Under the pieces are notes generated by a model. It was given only the letters and a program-made list of their open reading frames with translations, was not told where the DNA came from and ran no database searches. Below are positions 14,117 through 27,499 of a stretch of 64,000 nucleotides of DNA, piece by piece. How positions within the stretch are numbered: the first letter of the stretch is position 1; every line of letters starts with the position of its first letter. Source of the stretch: Octopus sinensis (lineage: Eukaryota); NCBI RefSeq assembly GCF_006345805.1, contig NC_042999.1, positions 96,658,001 through 96,722,000 of the forward strand, given 5' to 3'. The translations under genes were made by a program, and so were the position numbers.

Positions 14117-14319
14117 TTGTGTGTGTGTGTGTGCGTGTGACTGCGAGCGCGTGTGTCAGCGTGTGTGTTTGTGCAAGTACATCATCCATATATCTATAAT
14201 ATAATAATATATATATATATGCATGTATATTTATATATATATATATATTTTTCATATATTTATATATACATACATATATATACATATATGAATGTATGTA
14301 TGTATGTATGTGAATGTAT

Positions 14320-14391
<72 letters not shown>

Positions 14392-14502
14392 CGCTGTATA
14401 TAAGTATAAATATGCATGCATGTGTGTTTGTATATGCGTCTGATAAACTAAATATATAGCCTTAAGTTTGTACATTTAGCTATATGTACGTTTATATATG
14501 TA

Positions 14503-14897
14503 CTAGCAGTATTGCCCGGCGTTGCTCGGGTTTGTAAGGGAAATAACTATATAAGCATTTTTAGAGAGTTATAGCCAAAATATAGCAAAAAAATGCATTA
14601 AAAATGGTAAATTATGGTAAATTTTTCTTTAAATCGTTGACTCATCGTAGACATTTTTAGAGAGTTACTTCCCTTATATAATAGCGAAAAAATGGATTAA
14701 AATGGGGAAAAAATGATGGTAAATTATTTTTAAAATCGTAGACTCATCGTAGACGCGCGCTAATACCCAGAAGGGCTTGATATGAATCACGACTATAAGA
14801 TACCCGGTTTTGGTTAAACTGCACCGCAAAATGTGGGAGTAGTTAGGAATCTAAATCGTAGGAGACAGACACACAACTTCACTTTTATATATAAAGA
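14503..14897 (-). mobile_element. Non-autonomous Helitron
   Basis: Minus strand reads A|TCTTTATATATAAAAGT...CCCGAGCAACGCCGGG(hairpin)caatactg CTAG|T, i.e. 5'-TC, subterminal hairpin, CTAG-3', AT target; internal ~100-bp duplication. Confidence 0.85.
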
Positions 14898-15149
14898 TTT
14901 ATATCTATGTGTATATAAATATGTCTTTTGTCTTGTTTCATTATTTGAGTGCAGCCATTCTGAGGCACCGCCATAAAGCGTGTTAGTGGAAGAAATCGAT
15001 CCCAACACTTATATTTTTAAAATCTTAGTACTTATTTTGTCGGTGTCGTTTACCGATCTGATAAGTTACAGGGACGTAAACAAGCCAAATCCGGTTGTTA
15101 ACCTAGAGGAAAAAATGAGGTGTGGGGCTGTATACAGCAGCTACTAATT

Positions 15150-15360
15150 AACGAAATGATCTAGATAAAATCAGTAAAAGATCACAGGAACTTAACCATA
15201 ATATGGCTGGACTACTAGAAGGCTTTTGAGAGTATACCACATGGTTGGATTATCAAGGCCTTACAGTTAGCCAGGTCTGCCATAATGTTGTTGATGGCAC
15301 AATGATCCTGCAAGTGCAGATTGAATTACCCAGTGTCTAATTTGTACGTGAGGTACTGGC
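15150..15360 (+). mobile_element. R4-clade RT fragment
   Basis: RNLTIIWLDY*KAFESIPHGWIIKALQ corresponds to the RT motif WLDYKKAFDSIPH. Confidence 0.75.
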
Positions 15361-15892
15361 AGGTTATTGGGGAAAACGTTTGAGTTATAGTTCGATCAAT
15401 CATTTGATTAGTTTGTTTGTCGGAGTATTTTCGTCGCTATTTACATCGGTTATTTCATGTTGTCTCTGAACTGGGTCAAGAGATCCAGTTCGGAGACGAG
15501 AAGAGAGGGATCTGATTTAGAGAGTACATGTCATCGATGAAGTTGTAAATGGAGAGGAAATCATTCTAACAAACTAACTTATTAACTGAAAGACCGAACA
15601 AGTAATTAGTTAGTTGTTAGTTTAGTTCAAAAGCTGGCTAATTGAAATAAATGGAATGAAATAGAACTATTGTTTCAACATGCAATTTCTTGCAAAACAG
15701 ATACAAATCTATATGAATGAGTCCGTTTATGAATGTGTGAGTGGGAGAGAAAGAAAGACACAGAGAAAGAAAAGGAGCAGTGAGGGCGAAAGGAAGTTTG
15801 TGAGACGCCTTTAATTTCTTATAAAAAAGAAAATAACATTTGTTTTTGTCTGTTTATCTCAAATGTTCATGCATCAACTGCTAATAATAATA

Positions 15893-16053
15893 ATAATCCT
15901 TTCTACTATAGGGACAGGACTGAAATTTTAGGGAAGCATATCAGTCGATTACATCGACTCCAGTGTATAACTGATACTTAATTTATCGACCCCGAAAGGA
16001 TGAAAAGCAAATTCGACCCCAGCGGCATTTGAAAGTGAAGACAGACGAAATAC
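15893..16053 (-). mobile_element. SINE family A, 5'-truncated
   Basis: Tail aatcctttctactata and core cgaccccgaaaggatgaaa. Confidence 0.85.
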
Positions 16054-16054
16054 C

Positions 16055-16283
16055 TATTTTTTTATTACCCACAATGGGCTAAAAACAGAGAGAACAAACA
16101 AGGACAGACAAAAGGATTAAGTCGATTACATCGACCCCAGTGCGTAACTTGTACTTATTTAATCGACCCCGAAAGGATGAAAGGCAAAGTTGACCTCGGC
16201 GAAATTTGAACTTAGAACGTAATCGCAGACGAAATACCGCTAAGCATTTCGCCCGGCGTGCTAACGATTCTGCCAGCTCGCCG
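16055..16283 (-). mobile_element. SINE family A, alternative-tail variant
   Basis: Same head and core, but tail cttaatcc.tttgtctgtccttgtttg...agccc.ttgtggg.aataaa (a similar tail is at 27800-27865). Confidence 0.85.
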
Positions 16284-16284
16284 T

Positions 16285-16815
16285 AGGCAGTGGCTTTCAT
16301 GGCTTCTGATCTTAATTGATTGGAAGTGTTATCATGTACATTGTTTTGTCTTAGTATAAAAGATTGGCTACAGCAATATTCTGCTCAATTCCACATATTT
16401 GCTTGTCAGTTGCTTGACCGTAACCAGTTGAGCATGTCCCTTAGTGGCTGACGATATGTGCATCTCTGATCACGAGCAGAAGTAGTGGGGGAGCATTATA
16501 AACATGTGTTGAGAGGAATTCTTTGGAATTTGGATAATTCAACTTTGGGAACATGGGTGTTTTGTTCAACATCCTAAACAACCCTTATTGAAGGACCTTT
16601 TGAGGGAGATGGGCTACTCGTCTTGAAGAAAATTCTAACTGGGCACCACCTGCAAGGTCATGGGTTGTTTATCTTGATATGAAATCACTATGTCGCGCAC
16701 ATATGGTTGTCATGCATGTGCCTGATGTAACCTTAACAGACAGGTAGTCATGATGGGTATACTGGGCTTCGTATATTTTACCCCAGTGTCACTTTGATTG
16801 CATGCTCTCTCACTC
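16285..16815 (+). mobile_element. ~557-bp TAA-flanked element, copy 2 (5' end lost at SINE junction)
   Basis: Collinear with 20264-20820; ends ctctctcactc-(AAT)n. Confidence 0.9.
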
Positions 16816-16949
16816 AATAATAATAATAATGATGATGATGATAATGATGATGATGATGATTTCTTTATTAACCACAATAGCTTACACTAAGAAAATTATA
16901 GACAGTATAGGACAAAACAAATAAATGTACTTGTGTATGTGTCTGAGTG

Positions 16950-17310
16950 CGTGTTATTGTGAAGGTCTTGCGTGTAAATAAGACAAACAAAACTTTTTTT
17001 AAATGAAAGAAAGAACCTGTAATCCTCAATACGGAGACGTTCGAGGGACCTTTTTTCCAACTACAGGCGCCACTTTCATCCACCTTTCAGCAAACTGGTT
17101 AGAAGAAAACACTTCCCTCTCTACACTTATTTTCCTTTTCAAGTGAAACTTGAAAAAGTTGATCGAAGATTGGCCAAAGAGAAAGATCTTTGTCTGCAGC
17201 CCCTTCAATCCCGTCCACCATACAACCTCTTTCACCATGGCCACCATACATATAAAAACAGCCTTTCCTTCCCAGTTAAAGGAAGGCGGTGGGGCGATCT
17301 TCACGATGGA
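16950..17310 (-). mobile_element. Probable L1/Tx1-like LINE 3'-end fragment
   Basis: VVWWTGLKGL...FFKFHLKRKISVEREVFS...ERWMKVA resembles, from recall only, L1/Tx1 ORF2 C-termini; no catalytic motif present. Confidence 0.4.
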
Positions 17311-17335
17311 TTATAATATTATCATTATTATTATT

Positions 17336-17433
<98 letters not shown>

Positions 17434-17469
17434 CGTTATTATTATTATTATTATTATTAGTGTTATTAT

Positions 17470-18475
17470 TATAGACGTCGTACAGTATACAATACTTCAT
17501 ACAGACAGTACTTTACGCAATACGCGTGCAGTTCCAAATAATGCCGACTTTTGCAAAACGCCTAAACTGTAAGGTATTTCTAAAGTTTTCAGATGTTTTT
17601 TGAGATTGGGTGGTATTGAACCCAATTCTCCGATGAAAATAGGGATAGCCTTTATTTGACTCTCGTAGCTGCCACATCTTAGCGATCTCAATTTTCAGGT
17701 CTCCATATTTATCAACCATTTCTCTTTCTTTCATGATATGTTGATCTCCTGGTGCTGCCACGTCAATTATTTGGCACACTTGTTTGTCACTACTAAATGT
17801 TACTATATACGGCCTTCGGTGCTCTAACATCTTGTCTGTCTCGAAGTCGAAGTCCCAGAGGATTTTTGCCATCCTCTTTTCGTCCATTACCTTTTCTGGT
17901 GTATCTTGGTACCAAGCACCAGTAAGCTCATATCCATATTTACGGCATAGTAGCCAGTGGAGATTTTGGGCTATCTTGTCGTGTCTACGCTTGTACTCTT
18001 TCTGCGCAAGACTTTCACAAGCACTTACAGTGTGAGTCACACTTTCGACCCTTTTCCCACACATTCTTCAGAGGCCCGTTGCACTTGTGTGCTATATATT
18101 CTTTTCCCCTGAGTTGGTATTCAATGCCTGGTCCTAGGCAGCAATGGTTAGGCTTTCAGTATTCTTTTTAGGTCACCCTTGTTAAGCCACCCCATGATGC
18201 TTCCTAGTCTTTTAATTTGCTGGTTTCACGGTAGAACTGATCATGTTATTCCATGTGGAGCGGGGTTTCTTCTCTCTCGTTGGCTGTTGAGCACTCTCAA
18301 GTCCAATTTTGTTAAGTCCTTCTGTATTAGCAGCATACTGTAGGGAGTCTTGTTTGCTGGTTACCAAATATTCTGACCTGTTTCTTCTTGTACTGTTGAT
18401 GCACTCCCCTACGCTAATCAGCCTATGTCGTCCACCTTTACCCCTCTTTATGTAGAGCCTGTGTACATTCGCCAT
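17470..18475 (-). mobile_element. R4-clade LINE 3' fragment (CCHC plus RLE)
   Basis: CGKRVESVTHTVSAC, RRHD, ILWDF, RRPYIV, IIDVAAP, LQKSALFGTARVLRKVL*; (TAA)n tail; frameshifted. Confidence 0.9.
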
Positions 18476-18478
18476 TCT

Positions 18479-18693
18479 TAGGGCGGCGAGTTGGCAAAAT
18501 CGTTAACACCTTAGACGAAATGCTTAACGGTATTTCGCCTGCTGCAACATTGTCAGTTCGAATTCCACCGAGGTTGACTTTACCTTTCACCCTTTCGGGT
18601 TCAATAAATTAAGTACCAATAAAACACTGGAGTCGATGTAAACGATTATCCCCCTTACCGAAATTTCAGGCCTTGTGCCTATAGCAGAAGGAT
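18479..18693 (+). mobile_element. SINE family A with (ATT)n tail
   Basis: ggcggcgagttggcaaaatcgtt...ggccttgtgcctatagcagaaggatc-(ATT)n. Confidence 0.9.
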
Positions 18694-18716
18694 CATTATT
18701 ATTATTTTTATTATTA

Positions 18717-18771
<55 letters not shown>

Positions 18772-18775
18772 CATT

Positions 18776-18886
<111 letters not shown>

Positions 18887-18889
18887 GTT

Positions 18890-20213
18890 ATTATATGTTT
18901 GACTTTTGTTTTGTATCTGTACAAGTTGGCTCTAAGTCTCACTCAGAGACCTCACGAGACACAAGTTAGAAGTTCATGTTGGTGTTATGCCTAGGGTGTC
19001 ATATATTTGGTTTTGCACATAGTATTGTTCTAGAGAATATTTAAGAAAACATAAGAAAATTATAAGTTTAATGCGCAGTTCCCTTGAGCACAATCTTTTG
19101 AATTTCTACCATTTGGAGGGTCCCTGATATCTGAGCTTGGTAGCAATTAGTCCCTTTTGCTATCACTCCTAGGGCATCTATGACAACAGGTATTGTTTTA
19201 ATATTGAGGTTCCACATTTTGCCAATTTCTATTTCAAGATCTTTATACTTGCTCAGTTTTTGGTAGGTCTTGACAGATACATTTACGTCGATTGGGACAG
19301 TCATATCAATGAGGAGGCATGAATGATGAAGTTCCAGAGGAGTGAGATGTGATCATTATCAAGCACTGGAGGTTGTTTGTGTTCCCTCAAGTTTTTATCA
19401 TGGGTCATGGGGAAGGTCCAGGTTTTTGCAAATTACCCAGTGAATATATTGTGCTGCTATATCATGCCTGTTGAGATACTCAATAGGCGCAAGGACACTG
19501 CACATGGAGACAACATGATCAATGGTTTCATTTTGTTGTTGACATACACGACATGTTGGGCTACAGCCGTTCTTTAATATTTTGGCCTGGTAGTTCCCTG
19601 TAGGTAGGCATTGATCTTGGGCTGCTATGATAGACCCTTCTGTTTCTGATTTTAAGCCAGGAGACACTAACCATTGATGGGTAAGGGCTGTCAATATTGG
19701 CACTATTAACTCTCTTTGAGTATTTGCCATTGAGAGCTTTTTCTTGCAATTTATCTGTAAGAATATCTAAAAGGCAGCAGTTTTAGCAAGAGTTTTCATA
19801 CGCTTAGCTTTTACGGTGCATGTTTCTAGTACGTCTAATACTGGAATTTGTTGTATTTAGAATTCACTTAGATATTCTTTTGTTTTGTTACTAAGTATGA
19901 TGCTTTCTTGTTTTCATGCTTTGAGACAAGTTTTAACATCCACCCATCTAAATTTTTCAGTTAGGTGTCTAGGTCAATTGTAGTAATCTCCATTGTCAAT
20001 TCCAGTTGTAAAAGTTCACGGCTACTCTCTTTTCTTGGCAGGTAAAGTCGTTCTATATCTGCCTAAGGGTGGTGTATTCTATGCATTGTCAATAATTTTC
20101 GTATTTTTCTGTCAAGATTACCTATTTCAGTAATTGATCAGTCATGACTGGTATGGCTAAAGTATTGATCGCTCTGATGGTGTTTCTTGGATTCAGCCCC
20201 GTCTTGAATATTT
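18890..20213 (-). mobile_element. R4-clade LINE 3' fragment (second family)
   Basis: LKSETEGSIIAAQDQ, CRVCQQQNETIDHVVSMC, LNRHD, KLSKYKDLEIE, IQKIVLKGTAH; distinct 3' UTR plus (TAA)n. Confidence 0.9.
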
Positions 20214-20219
20214 ATCATA

Positions 20220-20263
<44 letters not shown>

Positions 20264-20267
<4 letters not shown>

Positions 20268-20820
20268 GCCCTGATGCAGTACCAGGCAGTGGTTCTCATG
20301 GCTTCTGATCTTAACTGATTGAAAGTGTTATCATGTACATTGTTTTGTCTTGGTATAAAAGATGGGCTACAGCAAATATTCTGCTCAATACCACAGATTT
20401 GCTTGTCAGTTGTTTGACCTTAACCAGTTGAGCATGACCCTTAGTGGCTGATGATATGTGCATCTCTGATCACGAGCAGAAGTAGTGGGGGAGTATCATA
20501 GCCATGTGTTGAGAGGGATTCTTTGGGGTTTGAATAATTCACCTCTGGAAACATGGGTGTTTTGTTCAACGTCCTTAACCAACCCTTACTCAGGGACCTT
20601 TTGAGCAGGATGGGTTACTCGACCAAAAGAAAATTCTAACTGGGCCCCACCTACAAGGTCATGTGCTGTTTATCTTGATATGAGATCATCATGTCGCGCA
20701 CATATGGTTGTGATGCATGTGCCTGGTGTACCCTTATCAGACGGGTAGTCATGATGGTATACTGGGCTTCGTATATTTTACCCCAGTGTCACTTTGATGG
20801 CATGCACTGCTCTCTCACTC
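20264..20820 (+). mobile_element. ~557-bp TAA-flanked element, copy 3 (full length)
   Basis: (TAA)n-aaatgccctgatgcagtacc...gcactgctctctcactc-(AAT)n. Confidence 0.9.
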
Positions 20821-20836
20821 AATAATAATAATAATA

Positions 20837-20890
<54 letters not shown>

Positions 20891-20903
20891 GTTGTTGTTA
20901 TTA

Positions 20904-21479
20904 TTCAGTAGTTTTATTTTTATAGCGTGCTTTCACTTCACTACCGAGCGCAGCTCTGTGTGCCTTGGGTATGTGCTGTGATTTGTTGTGATGCTCTGAT
21001 GGTTATTGTATGGAAAGTGTTCTGCGTAGGATGTGTGCAGTGCCTAGTAGTGCAATTTTCTGTATGTTATATGTGTTTGTAAGTCCTGGTGTTTTTGTTA
21101 TGTATTTGTCTGAATATTTTTTTTATCATGCCTAATGCACCTACTATGATAGGAATTGTTTCTGTTTTCAGGTTCCACATTCTAGTTACCTCTATTTCCA
21201 GGTCTTTGTATTTTGAGAGTTTCTCCATTTCTTTTAGAGACACGTTGTCATCTGCCGGTATTGATACATCAATTAGAAAGCATTTTTTTTCTTCATGATC
21301 TCTGACAACTATATCTGGTCTGTTGGCCTTAATTTCTCTATCTGTGTGTATCGGCATATCCCAGAGTATGGTTGCTTTCTCGTTTTCTGTGACCTTTTCT
21401 GGTGTGTGCCTATACCATCTTTTTTCTGTTGTTATTCCATAATGTTGGCATAGCTTCCAATGTATGTAGGTTCCAACTA
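20904..21479 (-). mobile_element. Dong-like LINE, short 5'-truncated copy
   Basis: Near-identical by eye to 23019-23592; RPDIVV...LIDVSIP...KLSKYKDL; TAA repeats on both sides. Confidence 0.95.
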
Positions 21480-21541
21480 TTGTTATTATTGTTATTGTTA
21501 TTATTGTTATTATTATTATTGTTATTATTATTATTATTATT

Positions 21542-22099
21542 GAGTGAGAGAGCAGTTCATGCCATCAAAGTGACACTGGGGTAAAATATACGAAGCCCAA
21601 TATACCAATCATGACTACCCGTTTGATAAAGGTACACCAGGCACATGCATCACAACCATATGTGCGCGACATGGTGATCTCATATCAAGATAAACAGCAC
21701 ATGACCTTGCAGGTGGGACCCAGTTAGAATTTTCTTCAGGTTGAGTAGCCCATCCCGCTCAAACGGTCCCTGAATAAGGGTTGTTTAAGGATGTTGAAAG
21801 AACCACCCATGTTTCCAGAGGTGAACTATTCAAACCCCAAAGAATCCCTCTCAACACATGGCTATGATGCTCCCCCACTACTTCTGCTCATGATCAGAGA
21901 TGCACATATCGTCAGCCACTAAGGGACATGCTCAACTGGTTAAGGTCAAACAACTGACGAGCAAATATGTGGTATTGAGCAGAATATTTGCTGTAGCCCA
22001 TCTTTTATACCAAGACAAAACAATGTACATGATAACACTTCCAATCAGTTAAGATCAGAAGCCATGAGAGCCACTGCCTGGTACTGCATCAGGGCATTT
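21542..22099 (-). mobile_element. ~557-bp TAA-flanked element, copy 4 (full length)
   Basis: Inverted relative to copy 3, with the same two ends. Confidence 0.9.
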
Positions 22100-22115
22100 A
22101 TTATTATTATTATTA

Positions 22116-22146
<31 letters not shown>

Positions 22147-22208
22147 GATTATTACTATTACTACTACAACAACAACTACTACTACTACTACTACTATTAT
22201 TATTGTTG

Positions 22209-22249
<41 letters not shown>

Positions 22250-22262
22250 GTTATTATTATTA

Positions 22263-22298
<36 letters not shown>

Positions 22299-22357
22299 TA
22301 CTACTACAACAACAACTACTACTACTACTACTACTACTACTATTATTATTGTTGTTG

Positions 22358-22392
<35 letters not shown>

Positions 22393-22459
22393 ATGAATTA
22401 TTGTCTTTGCACATCTATCGATGGAGATGTATTACGGTGCCAGCTGTTTACCAGTGAAC

Positions 22460-22910
22460 TAACGTAACATTCCCTATTTTTCGAGCACCATCCGAACTGT
22501 TCGAGTGGTTCCAAACCATGCTGTTTTCTGTAAGTGCTCCACCCTTTTACAGCCTCTATTTATTCCATGTACTTCTCAAGATTTCTACTCACTGTTCCCA
22601 GGGCTCCGACAATTATTGGTAATACTACCACCTTTTTCATCGACCGCAACTGCTTAACCTCCCAAGCTAACCTGTCATATCTATCAACTTTTCTTTCTTC
22701 CTTATCGCATACCTTGGTGTCAGCTGGACATACTATATCTATGACCCAGCATCGTTTACTTTCTTTCTCAAATAATACTATGCCTGGCTTCCTAATCTCT
22801 ATCTCATGGCCGCACTAAATCATAAAATCCGATAGGATCTTTGCAGTATCATGTTCGATGATGCGTTCGGTTTTATGTTCGTAGCACTTTTTTACCGTCA
22901 AGTCCATTTA
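22460..22910 (-). mobile_element. R4-clade LINE 3' fragment (third family)
   Basis: KILSDF, RKPGIV, WVIDIVCPAD, IIVGALGTV, LQKTAWFGTTR. Confidence 0.85.
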
Positions 22911-22969
<59 letters not shown>

Positions 22970-22973
22970 GTTA

Positions 22974-23016
<43 letters not shown>

Positions 23017-23387
23017 CATTCAGTAATTTTATTTTTATAGCGTGATTTCACTTCACTACCGAGCGCAGCTCTGTGTGCCTTGGGTATGTGCTGTGATTTG
23101 TTGTGATGCTCTGATGGTTATTGTATGGAAAGTGTTCTGCGTAGGATGTGTGCAGTGCCTAGTAGTGCAATTTTCTGTATGTTATATGTGTTTGTAAGTC
23201 CTGGTGTTTTTGTTATGTATTTGTCTGAATATTTTTTTTATCATGCCTAATGCACCTACTATGATAGGAATTGTTTCTGTTTTCAGATTCCACATTCTAG
23301 TTACCTCTATTTCTAGGTCTTTGTATTTTGAGAGTTTCTCCATTTCTTTTAGAGACACGTTGTCATCTGCCGGTATTGATACATCAA

Positions 23388-24224
23388 TTAGAAAGCATTT
23401 TTTTTCTTCATGATCTCTGACACTATATCTGGTCTGTTGGCCTTAATTTCTCTATCTGTGTGTATCGGCATATCCCAGAGTATGGTTGCTTTCTCGTTTT
23501 CTGTGACCTTTTCTGGTGTGTGCCTATACCATCTTTTTTCTGTTGTTATTCCATAATGTTGGCATAGCTTCCAATGTATGTAGGTTCCAACTCTGTCATG
23601 TCTGTGAATATATTCCTTCTTAACCAGGACTGGGCAGCTAGAGATAATATGATTTATTGTTTCTTGTCCATCTCCACATATTCTGCAGTTACTTGTAATA
23701 TTTCTTTTCATTACATGTTTTTGGTAATTTCTGGTGGGGAGGCTTTGGTCTTGTGCTGCAATTAAAAATCCCTCTGTTTCTGCTTTGAGTCCTGAGCTTC
23801 TCAACCATTGCTGGGATTTTTCTTTGTCTATTTCTTTTGCGTTTAGTTTAGTGCAGTATTTACCATGAAGGGGCTTTCCTTGCCATCGTTTTATCATGGT
23901 TCGTTGCTGTTCTATTTTTAGTTTGGATTTCATTTGTTTTATAGCTTTTGTTGTTTCTTCATCATCTTCTTCTTCTTCTTCTTCGTGTTTATTAGGTGGT
24001 ATGATTTCTTGTTTGTATTTGTCAGCTTCCTTAAATACTGAGAACAGTTTTTTGTTTTGCTCGTGTTTTGCTGCTATCTGGATCAGTTGTCCTTCCTTCT
24101 GGAGTAGATATTTTTGCAGTCCTATGGTGGTTATTTTATAGTAGTTTTCCAGCTGTATAAGGCCTCTACCACCTTCTATACGTTGTATATATAGTCTTTC
24201 TATGTCAGATTTTGGGTGATGCAT
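23388..24224 (-). pseudogene. C-terminal part of the Dong/R4 ORF (CCHC zinc knuckle, start of RLE)
   Basis: LKAETEGFLIAAQDQ, CRICGDGQETINHIISSC, HRHD, ILWD, NRPDIV. Confidence 0.95.
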
Positions 24225-24442
24225 CCTAGATCCTGTCAGTATTTTTCTTGTTTTCCTATCTATTTTGGACAGTTCATTTCGTGTCCAGTTCAGGATATTG
24301 TAGCTGTAACTTATAACTGGGACAGCTAAAGTGTTGATACCTATTATCTTGTTTTTAGCATTGATCTAACTCGTCTATAATATTCCTTTTTTATTTTCTC
24401 TTTCATTTGTGTGTGTTGTGTCTTATCTAGTTCATGGATTCC

Positions 24443-25930
24443 TTAGTATTTGTAAGTTTGGCTTTGGTCTAATTCTTTTATTTCATTGGTTTTATCTAGT
24501 GTGATGTTGTTACTCTTAACTAGTTTTCCTCTTTTCATGGTTACTTTGGCGCATTTTTCTAATCTAAATTTCATATCTATTTCTTTGGTAAATCCATGAA
24601 CTGTCTTTAATAGTGTTTCCAGCTGTTTGTCATTTGCAGCGTATAGTTTTAGGTCATCCATATATAAAAGGTGGCTGATCGTTTTGCCGTAACATTTATA
24701 TCCGCATCCAGTTCTATTTAGCATATCAGATAGAGGTGAAAGTGCCAAGCAGAAAAGGAGTGGAGAGAGCGTGTCTCCTTGGAATATTCCTCTTCTAATG
24801 GGGATGTCTTTGGTTTTCATGAGTCCCTCTTTTGTTTGGAGGTGTAGGACTGTTTGCCATTTATTCATAGAGTGCTCTATGAATTTTATGATTGTTGGTG
24901 CTACTTTGTTAATGGCTAGTGTTTCGAGGATCCATGTGTGGGGGATGCTATCAAACGCCTTTTTGTAGTCAATCCAGGCCATACTGAGGCCTTTCTTCTT
25001 TCTGTGGCTGTCTTCAGTTACGGCTTTATTAATCATTAGTTGATCTTTACAGCCATATGAGCCTTTGCGGCATCCTTTCTGCTCTTCTGGGAACAGTTTG
25101 TTTTCGTCCAGGTGTTTGTTCAGCCTTTGCGATATCACTGCAGTAAATGCCTTGAACATAGTAGGGAGGCAGGTTATTGGTCTGTAGTTTTCTGGTTTTG
25201 CTGTTTCATTTGATTTGGGAATTAAGATGGTTTTCCCCTTCGTGAGCCATTCAGGCATTGTCTCTGGCTCTGCTAGTATGCTGTTAAAGTTTTCAGCCAG
25301 CTTTTTGTGCATTCCTGTTAGATATTTCAACCAGAAGTTGGGGATCTTGTCATGCCCAGGTGCCTTCCAGTTGCTTAGTTTTTGCAGTGCCTGGGTGACC
25401 TCTTCAGTTGTTATGGGGGTCCAAAGTTGTTCAGATGCCGAGTTTGTTATTTTGATACTCCTTTTATTTGGGTGTTCGTTCGCCGACCATATTTCTCTCC
25501 AGAATTCTTCCAATTCTTCTGCCGTTGGTGCTGCAGTGACTTCTATTTTATTTTTTCCCAGTTCTTGGTAGAACTTTTTGGGGTTGGGGTTGAACTTTTT
25601 GTTCTGTTCAAAGAAGCGTTGGCGTTTCTCGTACCGGCGGATCCTTTGAGCTTTGGCGAGGATATCTTGCTTCAGCTTTTCTTTTATCTCCGGCAAATCT
25701 TTTTCTGTGATGTTATATTTGCGGAGCATTTTTGTTCTCTTTTTGTTGCTCAGTAGCGTTGATTGTTTGCTGATTTCATTAAGAATCGACAGGTCTTTTC
25801 TAATTTTTTTAATTTTGTTTTGGATGTTATTTATCCACAGGGTTTGTTTGGGTGGTGGTATTCCTGTTTGGGCGGGTTTGGGTGAGTATCCAGCTTCTTT
25901 TGTGGCTGCAGTGGCTGCTGCGTATATCAA
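24443..25930 (-). pseudogene. Reverse transcriptase part of the Dong/R4 ORF
   Basis: KAPGHD, PENYRPITCL, WIDYKKAFDSIPH, GIFQGDTLSPLLF, LLYMDDLKLY. Confidence 0.95.
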
Positions 25931-25931
25931 G

Positions 25932-25989
<58 letters not shown>

Positions 25990-26071
25990 CATCATCATCA
26001 TTATTATTATTATTATTATATTATTATTATTATTATTATTATTATTATCATCATCATCATCATCATCATCA

Positions 26072-26112
<41 letters not shown>

Positions 26113-26150
26113 TATTATCATCATCATCATCATCATCATATCATTATTAT

Positions 26151-26239
<89 letters not shown>

Positions 26240-26243
<4 letters not shown>

Positions 26244-27235
26244 TTGTCTTATTTTTATCACGTACTCTCACAGCATTACCGAGCGCAGCTCTGTGTACCT
26301 TGGGTATATGCCGTGGTTTGTTGTGATGCGCTTTTTTTTTTTACTCAACTGAAAGTATTTTACGTAGGATAGGTGCGGTGCCGAGTAGTGCTATTTTTCT
26401 GTATGTTATATACACTTGTTAATCTTGGTAATTTTGTTATGTAGAAAACATTTTTTACCTGGTGATTTTTGAGAACTATATCCAACGTATTGGTCTTAAT
26501 TTCTGTATGTATTGGCATATCCCAGAATATGGTTGCTTTCTCATTTTCTGTGACCTTTTCTGGTGTGTACCTATACCATCTTTTATATGTTGCTATTCCA
26601 TAGTGTTGGCATAGCTTCCAGTATATATAGGTTCCAATTCTGTTGTATCTGTGAATATGTTCCTTCTTAGCCAGGACTGGGCAGTAATAGTCAATATGAT
26701 TTATTGTTTCTTCTCCATTTTCACATATTCTGCACTTACTTTTTTCTGGGGGGGGGTGTAATTTCTGGTGAGAAGGCTTTGATCTTGTGTTGCATTTAAA
26801 AATCCTTCAGATTCTGCTGTGAGTCCTGAGCTTTTCAGTCATTGTTGAGATTTTGCTTTGTCTATTTCTTTTCTGTTTAACTTAACCCAGTATTTGCCAT
26901 GAAAGAGCTTTTTCGCAATCGTTTTATCATGATCTGTTGCTGTTCCAGTTTCGGCTTGGATTTCAGTTGTTTTACAGCTTTTGTTGTTTCTTCATTTTCT
27001 TCATAGTTGTTAGGTTCTATGACTTCTTTTTTTGGATTGAAAACAGTCTTTTGTTTTGTGGTTATTTGTGTTAGTTTTCCTTGCTTTTGTAGTAGGTATA
27101 TCTGTAGTCCTATGGTGATTATTTTGTAGTGGTTTTCTCGCTGTATGAGCGTCTACGACCTTCGATACGTTGTGTATATAACCATTCTATGTTAGATTTT
27201 GAGTGGCGCATCCTAAATCCTGTCATTATTTTACC
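26240..27235 (-). mobile_element. Older Dong-like copy with internal deletions
   Basis: Collinear with, but diverged from, 23019-24240 including the 3' UTR (accgagcgcagctctgtgt). Confidence 0.9.
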
Positions 27236-27499
27236 CCCAGCAGTCTTGCGGCAAAGTGAAGGAGATGGAAAATGGAAATTGGGAAACCACAAAGAAAAGG
27301 AGATGTGTACAGAAAACATATGCATTCAAACAAAAGATAAACAAGAGGTTAGAAGTCTTTTATGGATGTCTTAAAACTTACAGTAATTCGAATGGAGTGT
27401 TTTAGACTACTTATTACAATGACGAATTAAAACTTTGATGACCTATATACACCCTGCCGAGTGAAAAGGAAATGATGGACGGGTACCAGGTGTCTCTAT

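Larger units (their letters stand above)
23019..25933 (-). mobile_element. Dong/R4-clade non-LTR retrotransposon, 2.9-kb 5'-truncated copy in (TAA)n
   Basis: RT, CCHC and PD-(D/E)xK-type RLE motifs in order, 3' UTR, TAA repeats at both junctions; several frameshifts. Confidence 0.95.

Noticed and set aside
20264-20340. HDV-like ribozyme at the 5' end of the 557-bp element
   Set aside because: Could not build P1/P2/P3 nested pseudoknot pairings by eye; only a simple hairpin. A formal search is still worthwhile
20275-20495. U1 snRNA-like words in the 557-bp element (taccaggcag, tgatcacga, tagtggggga)
   Set aside because: Three short matches with spacing unlike U1 and no Sm site or U1 fold; compatible with chance
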